A stretch of 47,670 bases of DNA from an uncultured Gammaproteobacteria bacterium (lineage in GTDB: Bacteria > Patescibacteriota > Microgenomatia > UBA8517 > UBA10165), in NCBI GenBank assembly GCA_964366515.1, contig CAYIUF010000004.1, forward strand, positions 1 to 47,670, in the 5' to 3' direction. The position numbers and the translations under genes were made by a program. Under the pieces are notes generated by a model, which was not told the origin of the DNA, did not search any database, and was given only the letters and a program-made list of their open reading frames with translations. Positions 17,761 to 26,768 of the stretch are shown piece after piece; position 1 is the stretch's first letter, and each line of letters opens with the position of its first letter.

Positions 17761-19920
17761 GTGGTAAAACGTTTTTGGTTTCTTCTTGTTCCACTTATAT
17801 TCTTTTTAGTGTCGGTGGGCACTTTACATCACTACGGGATGAACTGGGATTCCCCTGTACATTTTGCTAGAGGGCAGGCATATCTTCGATATATATTAAC
17901 CGGAAAGACTGATTACAAAGATCTCCCAATGTTTTGCCAGAATGCTAGCAATCTGAATTCTAGAGTCGATATTCAGACTGGAGAGGTTTGCGACCGACAC
18001 AGGAAAGTTAGAGTCAGCGAATATGAAAGTCGCTTAATTGATTTTAATAGCTGGGTCTCTAAGGGTACTTACGGACATCCAGCGTTTAGCGACATTATGA
18101 TTGCCTCAAGTAATGCCGTGTTCTATAAGCAATTAGGATGGATGGAGGATTTAGAGTCGTACCATTTGTATGGCGTGGTTGTTACATTTCTACTTGCTTT
18201 GACTGTCATGTTTTGGGTTCAAAGAACTTTTGGTACTTTTGCATCGATTGTGGCTGTTATAACCCTATATACGGTTCCACTACTCTTTGCAGAACAGCAC
18301 ATGAATGTAAAGGATCCACCTATGGCTGCTTTTTTTGTAATTGCGTTATATTTCTTTTGGTTAGGAGTTACTCAAAAAAAAGCAAAGTATATTATCTTGT
18401 CAGCCCTTGCCGGGGGTGCATCATTTAGTACTAAGTTAAATTTTGTCTTTGCCCCTTTTGTTCTTTTCCCCTGGTTTCTTGTGTTCTCATTTAGTCAACT
18501 TAAAGAAAAACTATCAACTGTTAAGAAATTATCGTTTGGAAAAATTCTTGGAAGTATTCTTAATCTCTACCCAAAGCGAATACTAGGAGCGTTTGCTGCA
18601 TATCCGCTGATAGTCTTCTTTTTTTTCTTTTTTAGCTGGCCTGCTTTGTGGATTGATCCTGCAAAGAGTTTATATGAAGTTATTCGTTACTACACAGATA
18701 TTGGCGGTGCAACATGTAGTTATACATATTTCTCGCTTCATTGGTTTCTAAAATGTACTCAGACTACTACACTTCAGTATTTTTTCTATACGATGCCTCC
18801 AATATCAATAGCTCTACTTCTCGTAGGTTCTGTTGTTGCAGTGTTTAGATTCAGAGAGAACAACTATGTAACTATACTTTGGCTCACACTTTTCTACTTC
18901 ACGATAACGAGGGTTACTCTCTCTGTGACAAACATTTATGGTGGCTTGAGACAAATTATGGAGTATATTGCTCCAATGGCAATGATTGCCGGTATTGGCG
19001 CGCTCTTTATAAGAGACTTGTTAGTAAAAGCTTTTTCTCGGTTGTTTAAAAAATTAATGCTAAGCAGTAAAGTACTCGTCTCAACTATATCCGTAGTTGT
19101 TGTCTTGGGTTTTGTACCAATACTTATTGAGTTACAAAAAATCCATCCTAACCAGAACGTCTACTTTAACTCATTCATAGGTGGGTTAAAGGGAGCAGCT
19201 GAGAGCGATTTTCCAGGACACGGTAACAGTTACGGGAATGCATTACTTCAGGGAGTTCGTTGGTTAAACGCGAACGCGGAGCCTAACGCTACACTGGCTT
19301 TGGTATCAGGTAATGCGCAGAACATTTCCAGAGCAACGTTACGAGAAGACATTCTCTTTTCCAATGGAGCTCGAAGTGGTTTCAATCAAGAGGGGGAGTA
19401 CCAAATGCTTATGGTAACAGGCCAAGATCTATTTAGAAATACATTTAGATATCAGTACTTATATAACTTTTTACGTCCTATCTATGAGATTAAAGTTGAT
19501 GATGTTGCGATCCTTAGAATATGGAAGAACAGCAAAGAGTATTCAAATAATACTCAGGGTGTGATTGAGCAATTTGAAAGAGCTGAGTCTGTAGTGGATG
19601 AGAAAAAGGAAACAGTCTTTAAACTCAAAGAACGAAAGGCACTGAAGACTCTAACAGTTTTATTGCCTAACGCCACATGTAAAGAAAAGGCCGTCGGTGC
19701 GTCTGTGTATATTTCTGACGATGACGCTCGCTATTTACCGAAAGACGAGGGACTCGGCAATTTCTCAGAACGTGAAGTGGCTGGATATAATGCTGACTTT
19801 GTTGTCCTCTTCCCAGGAGACGAAGCTCAGTATATAAAAGTTGTTTACCCTAAAAATTATCCTTGCGAACAGGACAAGACCCGCTTCCAACTCTTTACCC
19901 TTAAGGAAGATAGTCGCTAA
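17761..19920 (+). CDS. GT-C-fold membrane glycosyltransferase with large C-terminal domains (paralog of 6182-8365)
   Basis: YGMNWD, RGQAYL, NVKD, YGGLRQIMEYI and IHPNQNVYFNS shared with the paralog; start may be ATG 17746 or GTG 17761. Confidence 0.75.
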   Translation: MVKRFWFLLVPLIFFLVSVGTLHHYGMNWDSPVHFARGQAYLRYILTGKTDYKDLPMFCQNASNLNSRVDIQTGEVCDRHRKVRVSEYESRLIDFNSWVSKGTYGHPAFSDIMIASSNAVFYKQLGWMEDLESYHLYGVVVTFLLALTVMFWVQRTFGTFASIVAVITLYTVPLLFAEQHMNVKDPPMAAFFVIALYFFWLGVTQKKAKYIILSALAGGASFSTKLNFVFAPFVLFPWFLVFSFSQLKEKLSTVKKLSFGKILGSILNLYPKRILGAFAAYPLIVFFFFFFSWPALWIDPAKSLYEVIRYYTDIGGATCSYTYFSLHWFLKCTQTTTLQYFFYTMPPISIALLLVGSVVAVFRFRENNYVTILWLTLFYFTITRVTLSVTNIYGGLRQIMEYIAPMAMIAGIGALFIRDLLVKAFSRLFKKLMLSSKVLVSTISVVVVLGFVPILIELQKIHPNQNVYFNSFIGGLKGAAESDFPGHGNSYGNALLQGVRWLNANAEPNATLALVSGNAQNISRATLREDILFSNGARSGFNQEGEYQMLMVTGQDLFRNTFRYQYLYNFLRPIYEIKVDDVAILRIWKNSKEYSNNTQGVIEQFERAESVVDEKKETVFKLKERKALKTLTVLLPNATCKEKAVGASVYISDDDARYLPKDEGLGNFSEREVAGYNADFVVLFPGDEAQYIKVVYPKNYPCEQDKTRFQLFTLKEDSR

Positions 19921-20461
19921 GAATTCTGTGTGCCTTATCTTTTGTTGAATCTAATGCTTGGTGAAGATCTGCGGGTGAGTTTAACTTTAATTTGTCGATC
20001 AAAGCTTTGGAGTTAACTAACCTGTCTCTTCTCACTTTTTTACTGTCAAACTTACCTTTTGATTCTGCACTTTTTATAGACTCGTAAGCTTTTGAAAAGT
20101 TTGTGCCAGCCCTACTTATGGTCTTCTTAGCTGGTTCTATTTTCTCGTCAGATATAAGTTTTTCTCCTTCAAGAATTCGCTTTGCCCCAAGCAACACAAG
20201 ATAGTCTGCTTTGTTTGTACCTCCAAAGACAAAATAACCACTCACTTTCTCTTTCAGGAGCTTTAGTGTGTAAAGATTGTCGCCTTCTGTTCTTCCGACA
20301 GAAAGTGGCCAAAATAAAACATATGAGTCAACTGTTTCGGTACTCTGTGCTGATGGCGTTGCGGGTTCCTTAGCCACGACTGAAGAAGGTGAACAGAGAG
20401 CTAAGAGTACAAACAGTAACAGTCCAGAAAGACTTCTTAGAAAATTTATAGTATGGCCCAC
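19901..20461 (-). CDS. Secreted/membrane-anchored helical protein (DUF5667-like)
   Basis: Signal-peptide-like N-terminus, then YVLFWP...GDNLYTLKLLKE resembling the DUF5667 pattern; GTG 20461 preceded by TATACT. Confidence 0.55.
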   Translation of the reverse strand: MGHTINFLRSLSGLLLFVLLALCSPSSVVAKEPATPSAQSTETVDSYVLFWPLSVGRTEGDNLYTLKLLKEKVSGYFVFGGTNKADYLVLLGAKRILEGEKLISDEKIEPAKKTISRAGTNFSKAYESIKSAESKGKFDSKKVRRDRLVNSKALIDKLKLNSPADLHQALDSTKDKAHRILSDYLP

Positions 20462-20492
20462 TGGTTTTAAAGTATATACAAGGCCAGGGAGT

Positions 20493-21443
20493 TTATTCAA
20501 GAGGTTTTTTCTGTGACATTGCAAACACAATAAATACGGTCAAAGCTTCACTTATAAGTGAGCTAATGCGAAACAGTATTGCAATAAAACCTGCAATTGC
20601 GAGTGGGACATATGTTGTTAGCAAACCAGTGATTGAAGCCTCGCGCACTCCGAGTCCTGAAGGGGCTAGAAAAGCCAAATATCCAATAACCCATGAAGCT
20701 GAATAGATACCTATAAATGGGAAGATATTGGCTGGATTAAGCTGTGTTGCTCCTGTCGCATTGACTATTGATGCAGTAAAAAAAAGCGCAAGGCCGGCCA
20801 GTATGAATTGTGTTAGGACGCTTAAACAGATTAGAGGAAGCAGCAGCAAGTTTGCATTAACAAGTCTTGATCTACCTTTATCCAAAGCAGTTTTGATTGA
20901 GCTCTTAAGCTGGGCTAATTTACTTTTTGCTAAAGTGGCAATTGCTACTACTGCCAACAATGTCAATACAATAACCAGCGGTGGAGAAACGTGGGAATTT
21001 AGAAAAAATTTTTGTGGGTCAACAATACTAAGATTTATTGTGAGTAAGGCGATTATGCTTCCCGCAGCTACATTGAGCCCCGCCTCTAGCAAAAGCGCTG
21101 TTGTTGTGAATGATTTACTAATCCCCTTTTGGGAAAGCATATATACTCGACCTGCATATTGCCATACACTTCCAGGAAAGAAACGGGCTGCGTTTGAATA
21201 TGTCCAAATTTTGAAGTTATCTTCAAAACGTATATTTCCACCAAGGAATTTTGTCATAAGGTGCCAAGAAAGAGCGTTTACAAACGGTGCCGGGAGAAGA
21301 ACAAGCATCAAAGGTATCAGGTTTGTATACTCAAGCTTCCACTGGATGTTTTTTATTTGGTCGAATCCTTCAATTATTTTCCAGACCAAAACTACAAAGA
21401 GTAAGGTAACCAGAATATAGGATATTGTTTTTTTTTGTTTCAT
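20493..21443 (-). CDS. Lysylphosphatidylglycerol-synthase TM-domain protein (UPF0104/putative flippase)
   Basis: Multi-TM; RFFPG, PSGLGVREA and LFR motifs. Confidence 0.8.
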   Translation of the reverse strand: MKQKKTISYILVTLLFVVLVWKIIEGFDQIKNIQWKLEYTNLIPLMLVLLPAPFVNALSWHLMTKFLGGNIRFEDNFKIWTYSNAARFFPGSVWQYAGRVYMLSQKGISKSFTTTALLLEAGLNVAAGSIIALLTINLSIVDPQKFFLNSHVSPPLVIVLTLLAVVAIATLAKSKLAQLKSSIKTALDKGRSRLVNANLLLLPLICLSVLTQFILAGLALFFTASIVNATGATQLNPANIFPFIGIYSASWVIGYLAFLAPSGLGVREASITGLLTTYVPLAIAGFIAILFRISSLISEALTVFIVFAMSQKKPLE

Positions 21444-22555
21444 ACCAGAGCTTCAATTATGTCTAAACTTAGTTTTTTAGATTTTACCCACGAAAATTCT
21501 TTCGACCAGGAAATAGCACCTTGGGAAATGTCTTTGTACTTTCTAGGGTCAGACAACAGCCCTTCTGTATTTCGGGCAAGGCTTTCGGGATTGTTTGTAT
21601 CGCAAAGAATTCCACTTTTTCCATCATTGACTGAATCCACCAATCCTTGAGACTTGTATGCTACGACCGGGGTCCCCATTGCGTTTGCCTCAATGTTAAC
21701 AAGGCCCCAACCTTCCCTCACAGACGGGTTAACGAGAACGTGTGATCTTGCAAGCAGGTCAAATTTTTTCTCTTGGGAGACAAAACCAAACAGCTTAACC
21801 TTATCTTTTATTTTAAGTCTCTCGGCAAGCCTATACAGGTGTTGTAAATATTCTGGAGAACCCGATCCTACCACCCAAAAATTATAGTCCCTCTCTTTAT
21901 TTAATAAGGAAAAGGAGGCGAGTGCATCCTCAATTCCTTTATCGCGAGTTAGTGCTCCCAAAAATATAACTGTTTTTTTCTTCTCCTTTTGGGGATGCTT
22001 TTTAATCATAGGGGTAATTACACCATGTGGGACTATTGTTATGCGGCTTTGGTGTATTCCTATTTTTATTAGGTCGTCCCTTGCTGAGTTGGATCCAACC
22101 ATGAACATCATGTTTTTGTAGAAAAGAAATACAAGAGGCTCAGTTATGTATCCTATCCAGCCAACGAGTATGTTGAATGGCCGTGGAAGATCGTTTATAA
22201 GCCACACTTCTTTTGCAACCTCTTGAAGTACCGCAAGTTTTGGTTTCCTAACAAAAAGCGGAGTAAAGAATGGGATTCCATGAAATTGGTCAACGACAAG
22301 ATCGAAGTTTTCATGTTTTGAAAATGAATACCATAAAAATGCGAGTATATGAACTCCAATTATTTGAGACCCATGCCTTATTATTTTTACGCCATCGAGG
22401 GACTCCTGCCCCCTTCCACCTTTGAAAAAAGACGAAAATAGAGTTACATTGTGACCTGCCTTGACCCACCCTTTCATGTGTTCATGCATTACTTGTTCGG
22501 CGCCACCAGCCATAGGGTGCTTAGGATCACGCCAGGAAAAAACAAGTATATTCAT
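21440..22555 (-). CDS. GT4 glycosyltransferase
   Basis: WRDPKHPMAGGAE and EGWGLVNIEA motifs. Confidence 0.9.
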   Translation of the reverse strand: MNILVFSWRDPKHPMAGGAEQVMHEHMKGWVKAGHNVTLFSSFFKGGRGQESLDGVKIIRHGSQIIGVHILAFLWYSFSKHENFDLVVDQFHGIPFFTPLFVRKPKLAVLQEVAKEVWLINDLPRPFNILVGWIGYITEPLVFLFYKNMMFMVGSNSARDDLIKIGIHQSRITIVPHGVITPMIKKHPQKEKKKTVIFLGALTRDKGIEDALASFSLLNKERDYNFWVVGSGSPEYLQHLYRLAERLKIKDKVKLFGFVSQEKKFDLLARSHVLVNPSVREGWGLVNIEANAMGTPVVAYKSQGLVDSVNDGKSGILCDTNNPESLARNTEGLLSDPRKYKDISQGAISWSKEFSWVKSKKLSLDIIEALV

Positions 22556-23340
22556 GAGACAAGGCTTTTTATGTCGGGGTCAGTTAGCCATTTGTTTTTG
22601 TTTTTACTATTGTAGTAATGGAGTATCTTAAGTCTATAAAATACTGCTAGTGTGTCCCAAAGCATGTTGGTAACTGATCGGCTTGTGATTCCACTGTTGG
22701 TTTTGTCAAACGTAACTTCTATAGGCGCTTCGTAAATTCGCCTAAACCCTAGATATTTTGCAACTGCGAGCATCTCTATGTCCATTGCATACCTTTTAAC
22801 AAGAAGTCTTGGAAGAATTGCTTCAACTACATTTCTTTTGAATAACTTTATTCCACTTTGGGTGTCAGTTATATACAAACCGAACAGTATTTTTACAATC
22901 GCATGGTACCCGATACTTAATACGTGTCTGAGCATGGGATAATTAACCTGTGACACCGGGTGTCGTTTCGAGCCAACAACAATGTCTGCGTTATACCACT
23001 CCATATGAGCCATAAGCATCATTATGCCCTTGGGGCTAATATCCATGCCCGCGTCTAGGAATGAAACCAGATTTCCTTTTGAGTGAGCAAAGCCGTACCT
23101 TACTGCGTATCCTTTGCCGCGGTTTTGCTCGTAGCCAATAACCTTAATTTTTTTAGAACCTGCCTTTTTTGCTTCTTGGGCTGTTTTGTCAAGATTTCCG
23201 TCTACAACACATATAATTTCGTAGTCATAATCTTTAAGTCCCTCAATGAGGGTACTTTCTATATTTCTCAAGTCAGCCTTTATTGTTTTCTCCTGTTTGT
23301 AGGCTGGGATGATTACCGATAATCTTTGTTCTGTTTTCAT
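22552..23340 (-). CDS. GT2 dolichyl/polyprenyl-phosphate glycosyltransferase-like
   Basis: NRGKGYAVR, DAG, DTQSGIKLF and MDIEML motifs. Confidence 0.85.
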   Translation of the reverse strand: MKTEQRLSVIIPAYKQEKTIKADLRNIESTLIEGLKDYDYEIICVVDGNLDKTAQEAKKAGSKKIKVIGYEQNRGKGYAVRYGFAHSKGNLVSFLDAGMDISPKGIMMLMAHMEWYNADIVVGSKRHPVSQVNYPMLRHVLSIGYHAIVKILFGLYITDTQSGIKLFKRNVVEAILPRLLVKRYAMDIEMLAVAKYLGFRRIYEAPIEVTFDKTNSGITSRSVTNMLWDTLAVFYRLKILHYYNSKNKNKWLTDPDIKSLVS

Positions 23341-24596
23341 TTTTTTCCCCTATCGTGGTACGGAAAGTATATGGAAAGGGCACATAACAGTAAAGCTGCT
23401 GATATTGTTGAGGCGTGTATAACATCTAGGAGAGTTTTATGAAATGTCCATATAAGTAAAACTTGAAGTAATGCAGCTGCTGCAAACAACCATACAACTT
23501 TGGTCCTTCCTATGGAAAGATAAAACTGTGTAAATAATATTGACCCGCCCAGAAGAAGCATGTATAGCCCAAACCACCACAAAAGATAGGATTCTTGAAC
23601 ATATTTTCCGTGCGTTAGTACATCTGTGATAACGGAGCCAAATAGGGCGTAGAGCACTACAACCAATCCAGAAATGGCTGTTATAAACAATAAACTTAAG
23701 TAAAAGATTTTGTGGTATGGTTCCCCATGTGAGTGTCTTTTTGCAACTAATGGAAACATTACGTTTGTTATTGGGGATGCGGCAAACAGAGCGATTGTGC
23801 CGAATTTGGCAAGGGCTGCGTATGCACCTGCGGTTTCTGGACGGAAGAAATGCTTAACCAAGATAATATCCATTGAATACATTGAGGTAACAGCTAGGCT
23901 TTGAACCAGAACAGGCAATGAGTAGCGTATTAGCGGGCCAATCTTGGGCATTGGATTTTTATTTCCAGCAAGATTATCTTTGACTGAGAACCAAACGATT
24001 GAAAGTCCAACAATACTACCAACCAATAGCCCCACGACTGCCCCAAACAGCTCGTAGCCTGCATATACTAAGGCTACGGTTATCGCAATTTTGACTGCTA
24101 CTTCAATGATCATACTAATTGAATATTGTGTGAACTTTATGAATCCTTGCAGCAGCGCTCGTCCGCTATTTGAGATAAATGCAATAAATATGACTGGTGC
24201 GAATAGAAAAACGGCAAGAGGTTGGGATATGTTTAAAAACTTTGTTAGAAAAGGAGCGAGCATAAATACCAGTACCGCTGTCCCTCCGGCAATCCAAATG
24301 CTCCAAAATAAAATCCATTTTGCCAGATTGTTTGCTTCTGCCTGGTTTTTTGAGGAGGCTATAAACTTTACTATCGCAAGTCCTAACGATTGCTGGACTA
24401 TTGCAAGTAGTCCAAATATAGATATTAGCGCCGCCAAATCGCCATAATGTGCTTTGCTTAAAAGATTTATCGCCAGATAGTGGTATAAAAGCTGTCCCGC
24501 GTTGTGGATATTTGTACCCAGGAACATGACTAGACTACCAACAATTAATGGGTTGGCTATAGCTGTTTTCCAGTAGTTTTTTAGATATGTAATCAT
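23337..24596 (-). CDS. Wzx-type (MOP) oligosaccharide flippase
   Basis: About 12 TM helices; YG after helix 1; D-IILVK...AGAYAA...FP pattern. Confidence 0.82.
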   Translation of the reverse strand: MITYLKNYWKTAIANPLIVGSLVMFLGTNIHNAGQLLYHYLAINLLSKAHYGDLAALISIFGLLAIVQQSLGLAIVKFIASSKNQAEANNLAKWILFWSIWIAGGTAVLVFMLAPFLTKFLNISQPLAVFLFAPVIFIAFISNSGRALLQGFIKFTQYSISMIIEVAVKIAITVALVYAGYELFGAVVGLLVGSIVGLSIVWFSVKDNLAGNKNPMPKIGPLIRYSLPVLVQSLAVTSMYSMDIILVKHFFRPETAGAYAALAKFGTIALFAASPITNVMFPLVAKRHSHGEPYHKIFYLSLLFITAISGLVVVLYALFGSVITDVLTHGKYVQESYLLWWFGLYMLLLGGSILFTQFYLSIGRTKVVWLFAAAALLQVLLIWTFHKTLLDVIHASTISAALLLCALSIYFPYHDRGKK

Positions 24597-24599
24597 ACT

Positions 24600-25742
24600 T
24601 TACCCAACCCAGTGACCAGTGACAAACAGGGCAGTTTGTACAGCAAGTAGGATTGCTGAGGCTCCAAAAATAATAACTCTCGCACTTTTTCCGGTTTTTT
24701 CAAGCAGTACACCAAGAAGTATAAAGTATGGGAAGATAACAAGAAAATAGCGAGGTAATGAACTGAAACTGCCTGATAGCGTGGGGAGTATGAGAGAAAG
24801 CACTGCGAATAAAAGATATGACCACTTAACTTTTTTCGCGTAACCCACAAAAAGTAATAACACACCGAGGATGGCAGTTAAAAATTCTGTAAGTGTTATC
24901 AGATATTGCTGGGTCCAAATATCAAGACTTGTGAGTATCTTTAGGTATCTCCAAACGACTTGGGGGAATGTTATTAATCGTCCCACTTCGCGCTGGACGC
25001 CGAACGATTCTAGATCTGTATAAAAAGACATTGCGCTTCCAGTTGTGTTGTGAAGATAGAATAGGTATCCGACGAAACCTAAAACGACACAAATAATTGG
25101 TGTTAACACAACAACATTAAATGTTCGTTTTTTTAGCGCTTCCAGTAAAAAAGAGGGCAGGAGCAATACACCTTGAATTCTTGTTAATGGAGTAAGCGCA
25201 GCGAAAATTCCTGACATTACCCATTTTTGGCGAGACACAAAGTAAAAGGATAATAGGACCATTAGTAAAAATAGGGATTCGGTGTAGATTGCCCCGAAGT
25301 AAAACGATGTTGGAAAAACAAGTAAAGATACAAGTGATAGACGAGCAACCTTGTCCCCAAACTCGTCTCTTACAAGTTTTCTTAAAACGAGAAGAGCGGC
25401 AAGGAAAAGAGAGTTTGAGATAATAATTCCTGATAAAACAAAGTATTGCATGCTTTTTTCGGGGGCCAAGACGTGTGTTAAGGCAGGATATAGCGGAAAG
25501 AAGGAGTGTTCTAGGTCTCTATAGCCGTATTGCGCAATCGAGATGTAATGTTCTCCGTCGAAATTTCCCCAGCCCCAAAACAGCGGATTTCCCAAGTATT
25601 TATTAAATCCACCTCCAAAAAGATCTCTGCTGTATGGAGCGATGTAAACGATTCCAAATAGGGCAAATACAGTTATCCAAATTCTCCAGGCAACAAAGAG
25701 CAATAAAGTTTCTAAGAATTGTTTGTTTCTAAAGACCTGCAT
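24600..25742 (-). CDS. GT-C mannosyltransferase, PIG-V/Gpi18 (GT76)-like
   Basis: NFDGEHYISIAQYGY, FFPLYP, YTESLFL and SLPRY motifs. Confidence 0.78.
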   Translation of the reverse strand: MQVFRNKQFLETLLLFVAWRIWITVFALFGIVYIAPYSRDLFGGGFNKYLGNPLFWGWGNFDGEHYISIAQYGYRDLEHSFFPLYPALTHVLAPEKSMQYFVLSGIIISNSLFLAALLVLRKLVRDEFGDKVARLSLVSLLVFPTSFYFGAIYTESLFLLMVLLSFYFVSRQKWVMSGIFAALTPLTRIQGVLLLPSFLLEALKKRTFNVVVLTPIICVVLGFVGYLFYLHNTTGSAMSFYTDLESFGVQREVGRLITFPQVVWRYLKILTSLDIWTQQYLITLTEFLTAILGVLLLFVGYAKKVKWSYLLFAVLSLILPTLSGSFSSLPRYFLVIFPYFILLGVLLEKTGKSARVIIFGASAILLAVQTALFVTGHWVG

Positions 25743-25748
25743 ATACTT

Positions 25749-26768
25749 TTACTGCGACAGCAGGCGGTTGTAAATTGCTATCGTTTCTTTCGCGGTTTTT
25801 CCCCATGAGTAGCTTTTGGCATTTTCAAGCCCCGCTCTGACGATCCTGCTTCTTAAGGTTTTGTTGTCCAACACACTTCTTAATGCGTTTGCCATCTCTT
25901 TGGTGTCATGTGGATTTATAAAAACGGCTGAATCTCCAGACATCTCGACAAGGCATTGTGCTTTGGACGCGACCACAGGTGTTCCGCAACGTTGTGCTTC
26001 TAAAACAGGAAGTCCAAAACCTTCATAAAATGAAGGAAGGCACACGACTGATGCTAAGTTATAAATCTTCACAAGATCTTCGTCTGGAATAAATCCAAGA
26101 ACTTTGGTCTTGGCTTCAAGACCCTTGTATTTTATTAGTTCTAAAATGCTCTTTGCTTCGAGAGAAGACTCTTCGAAGCCTTTGCCTACTAAAACTAGTC
26201 TTAATTCTTCAGGTAAATGAGCAAATGCATTTACAAGTCCCTGAACATTTTTGTTGTCGTTAACGTCACCAACATATAAGACGAATCTCTCTGGAAGACC
26301 ATAGCGGTTCTTAATTTCCAATTTCCAATTTCCAATTTTCAATTGCTTGAAGTGTTCAGCTGGTGCAAGATGAGTGACGAAAACTTTTTCTTGAGGAATA
26401 TTAAGAAGCCTCACAATATCTTTTCTTGAAGTCTCAGAATCTGTAATTATTGCATCTACATTTTGGAGGCGTTTTTTTTGAATAAGGAATTTTGCCTTTC
26501 CACGAAATCCAGGTGCATACTGTTTGGGATACAGAAGTGGGATTACATCGTGTACTGTCACAACAGTGGGCTTGTTTCTCCCCGGGGACAAAGTCAGGAA
26601 AAATAGATCAAAAAATGGATAGTGAATGACGTCTGCATCTTTGGGACTCTTAACTAACAAAACACCTTTATCTTTTTCCAAAGCTTTAATAAGTTCTTTT
26701 GTATAAAAGCCTACTCCACGGACTTTATGCCCTGAGGTTAGAGGTGATGTGTCGATGTAAACTTTCAC
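25749..26768 (-). CDS. GT4 glycosyltransferase (MtfB/WbpY-like)
   Basis: RGVGFY, TVHDVIP and PSFYEGFGLPVLEA motifs; GTG start overlaps the upstream TGA (GTGA). Confidence 0.9.
   Translation of the reverse strand: MKVYIDTSPLTSGHKVRGVGFYTKELIKALEKDKGVLLVKSPKDADVIHYPFFDLFFLTLSPGRNKPTVVTVHDVIPLLYPKQYAPGFRGKAKFLIQKKRLQNVDAIITDSETSRKDIVRLLNIPQEKVFVTHLAPAEHFKQLKIGNWKLEIKNRYGLPERFVLYVGDVNDNKNVQGLVNAFAHLPEELRLVLVGKGFEESSLEAKSILELIKYKGLEAKTKVLGFIPDEDLVKIYNLASVVCLPSFYEGFGLPVLEAQRCGTPVVASKAQCLVEMSGDSAVFINPHDTKEMANALRSVLDNKTLRSRIVRAGLENAKSYSWGKTAKETIAIYNRLLSQ
26313..26344. repeat. Intragenic heptamer tandem repeat (AATTTCC)x~4.5
   Basis: aatttcc aatttcc aatttcc aattttc aatt; encodes LKIGNWKLEI. Confidence 0.9.

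Noticed and set aside
20728-21420. 230-aa plus-strand ORF (and similar ones such as 41775-42362, 8680-9117, 39193-39612, 29369-29800)
   Set aside because: Fully antisense to well-supported genes, with no motifs; shadow ORFs expected opposite hydrophobic or codon-biased genes
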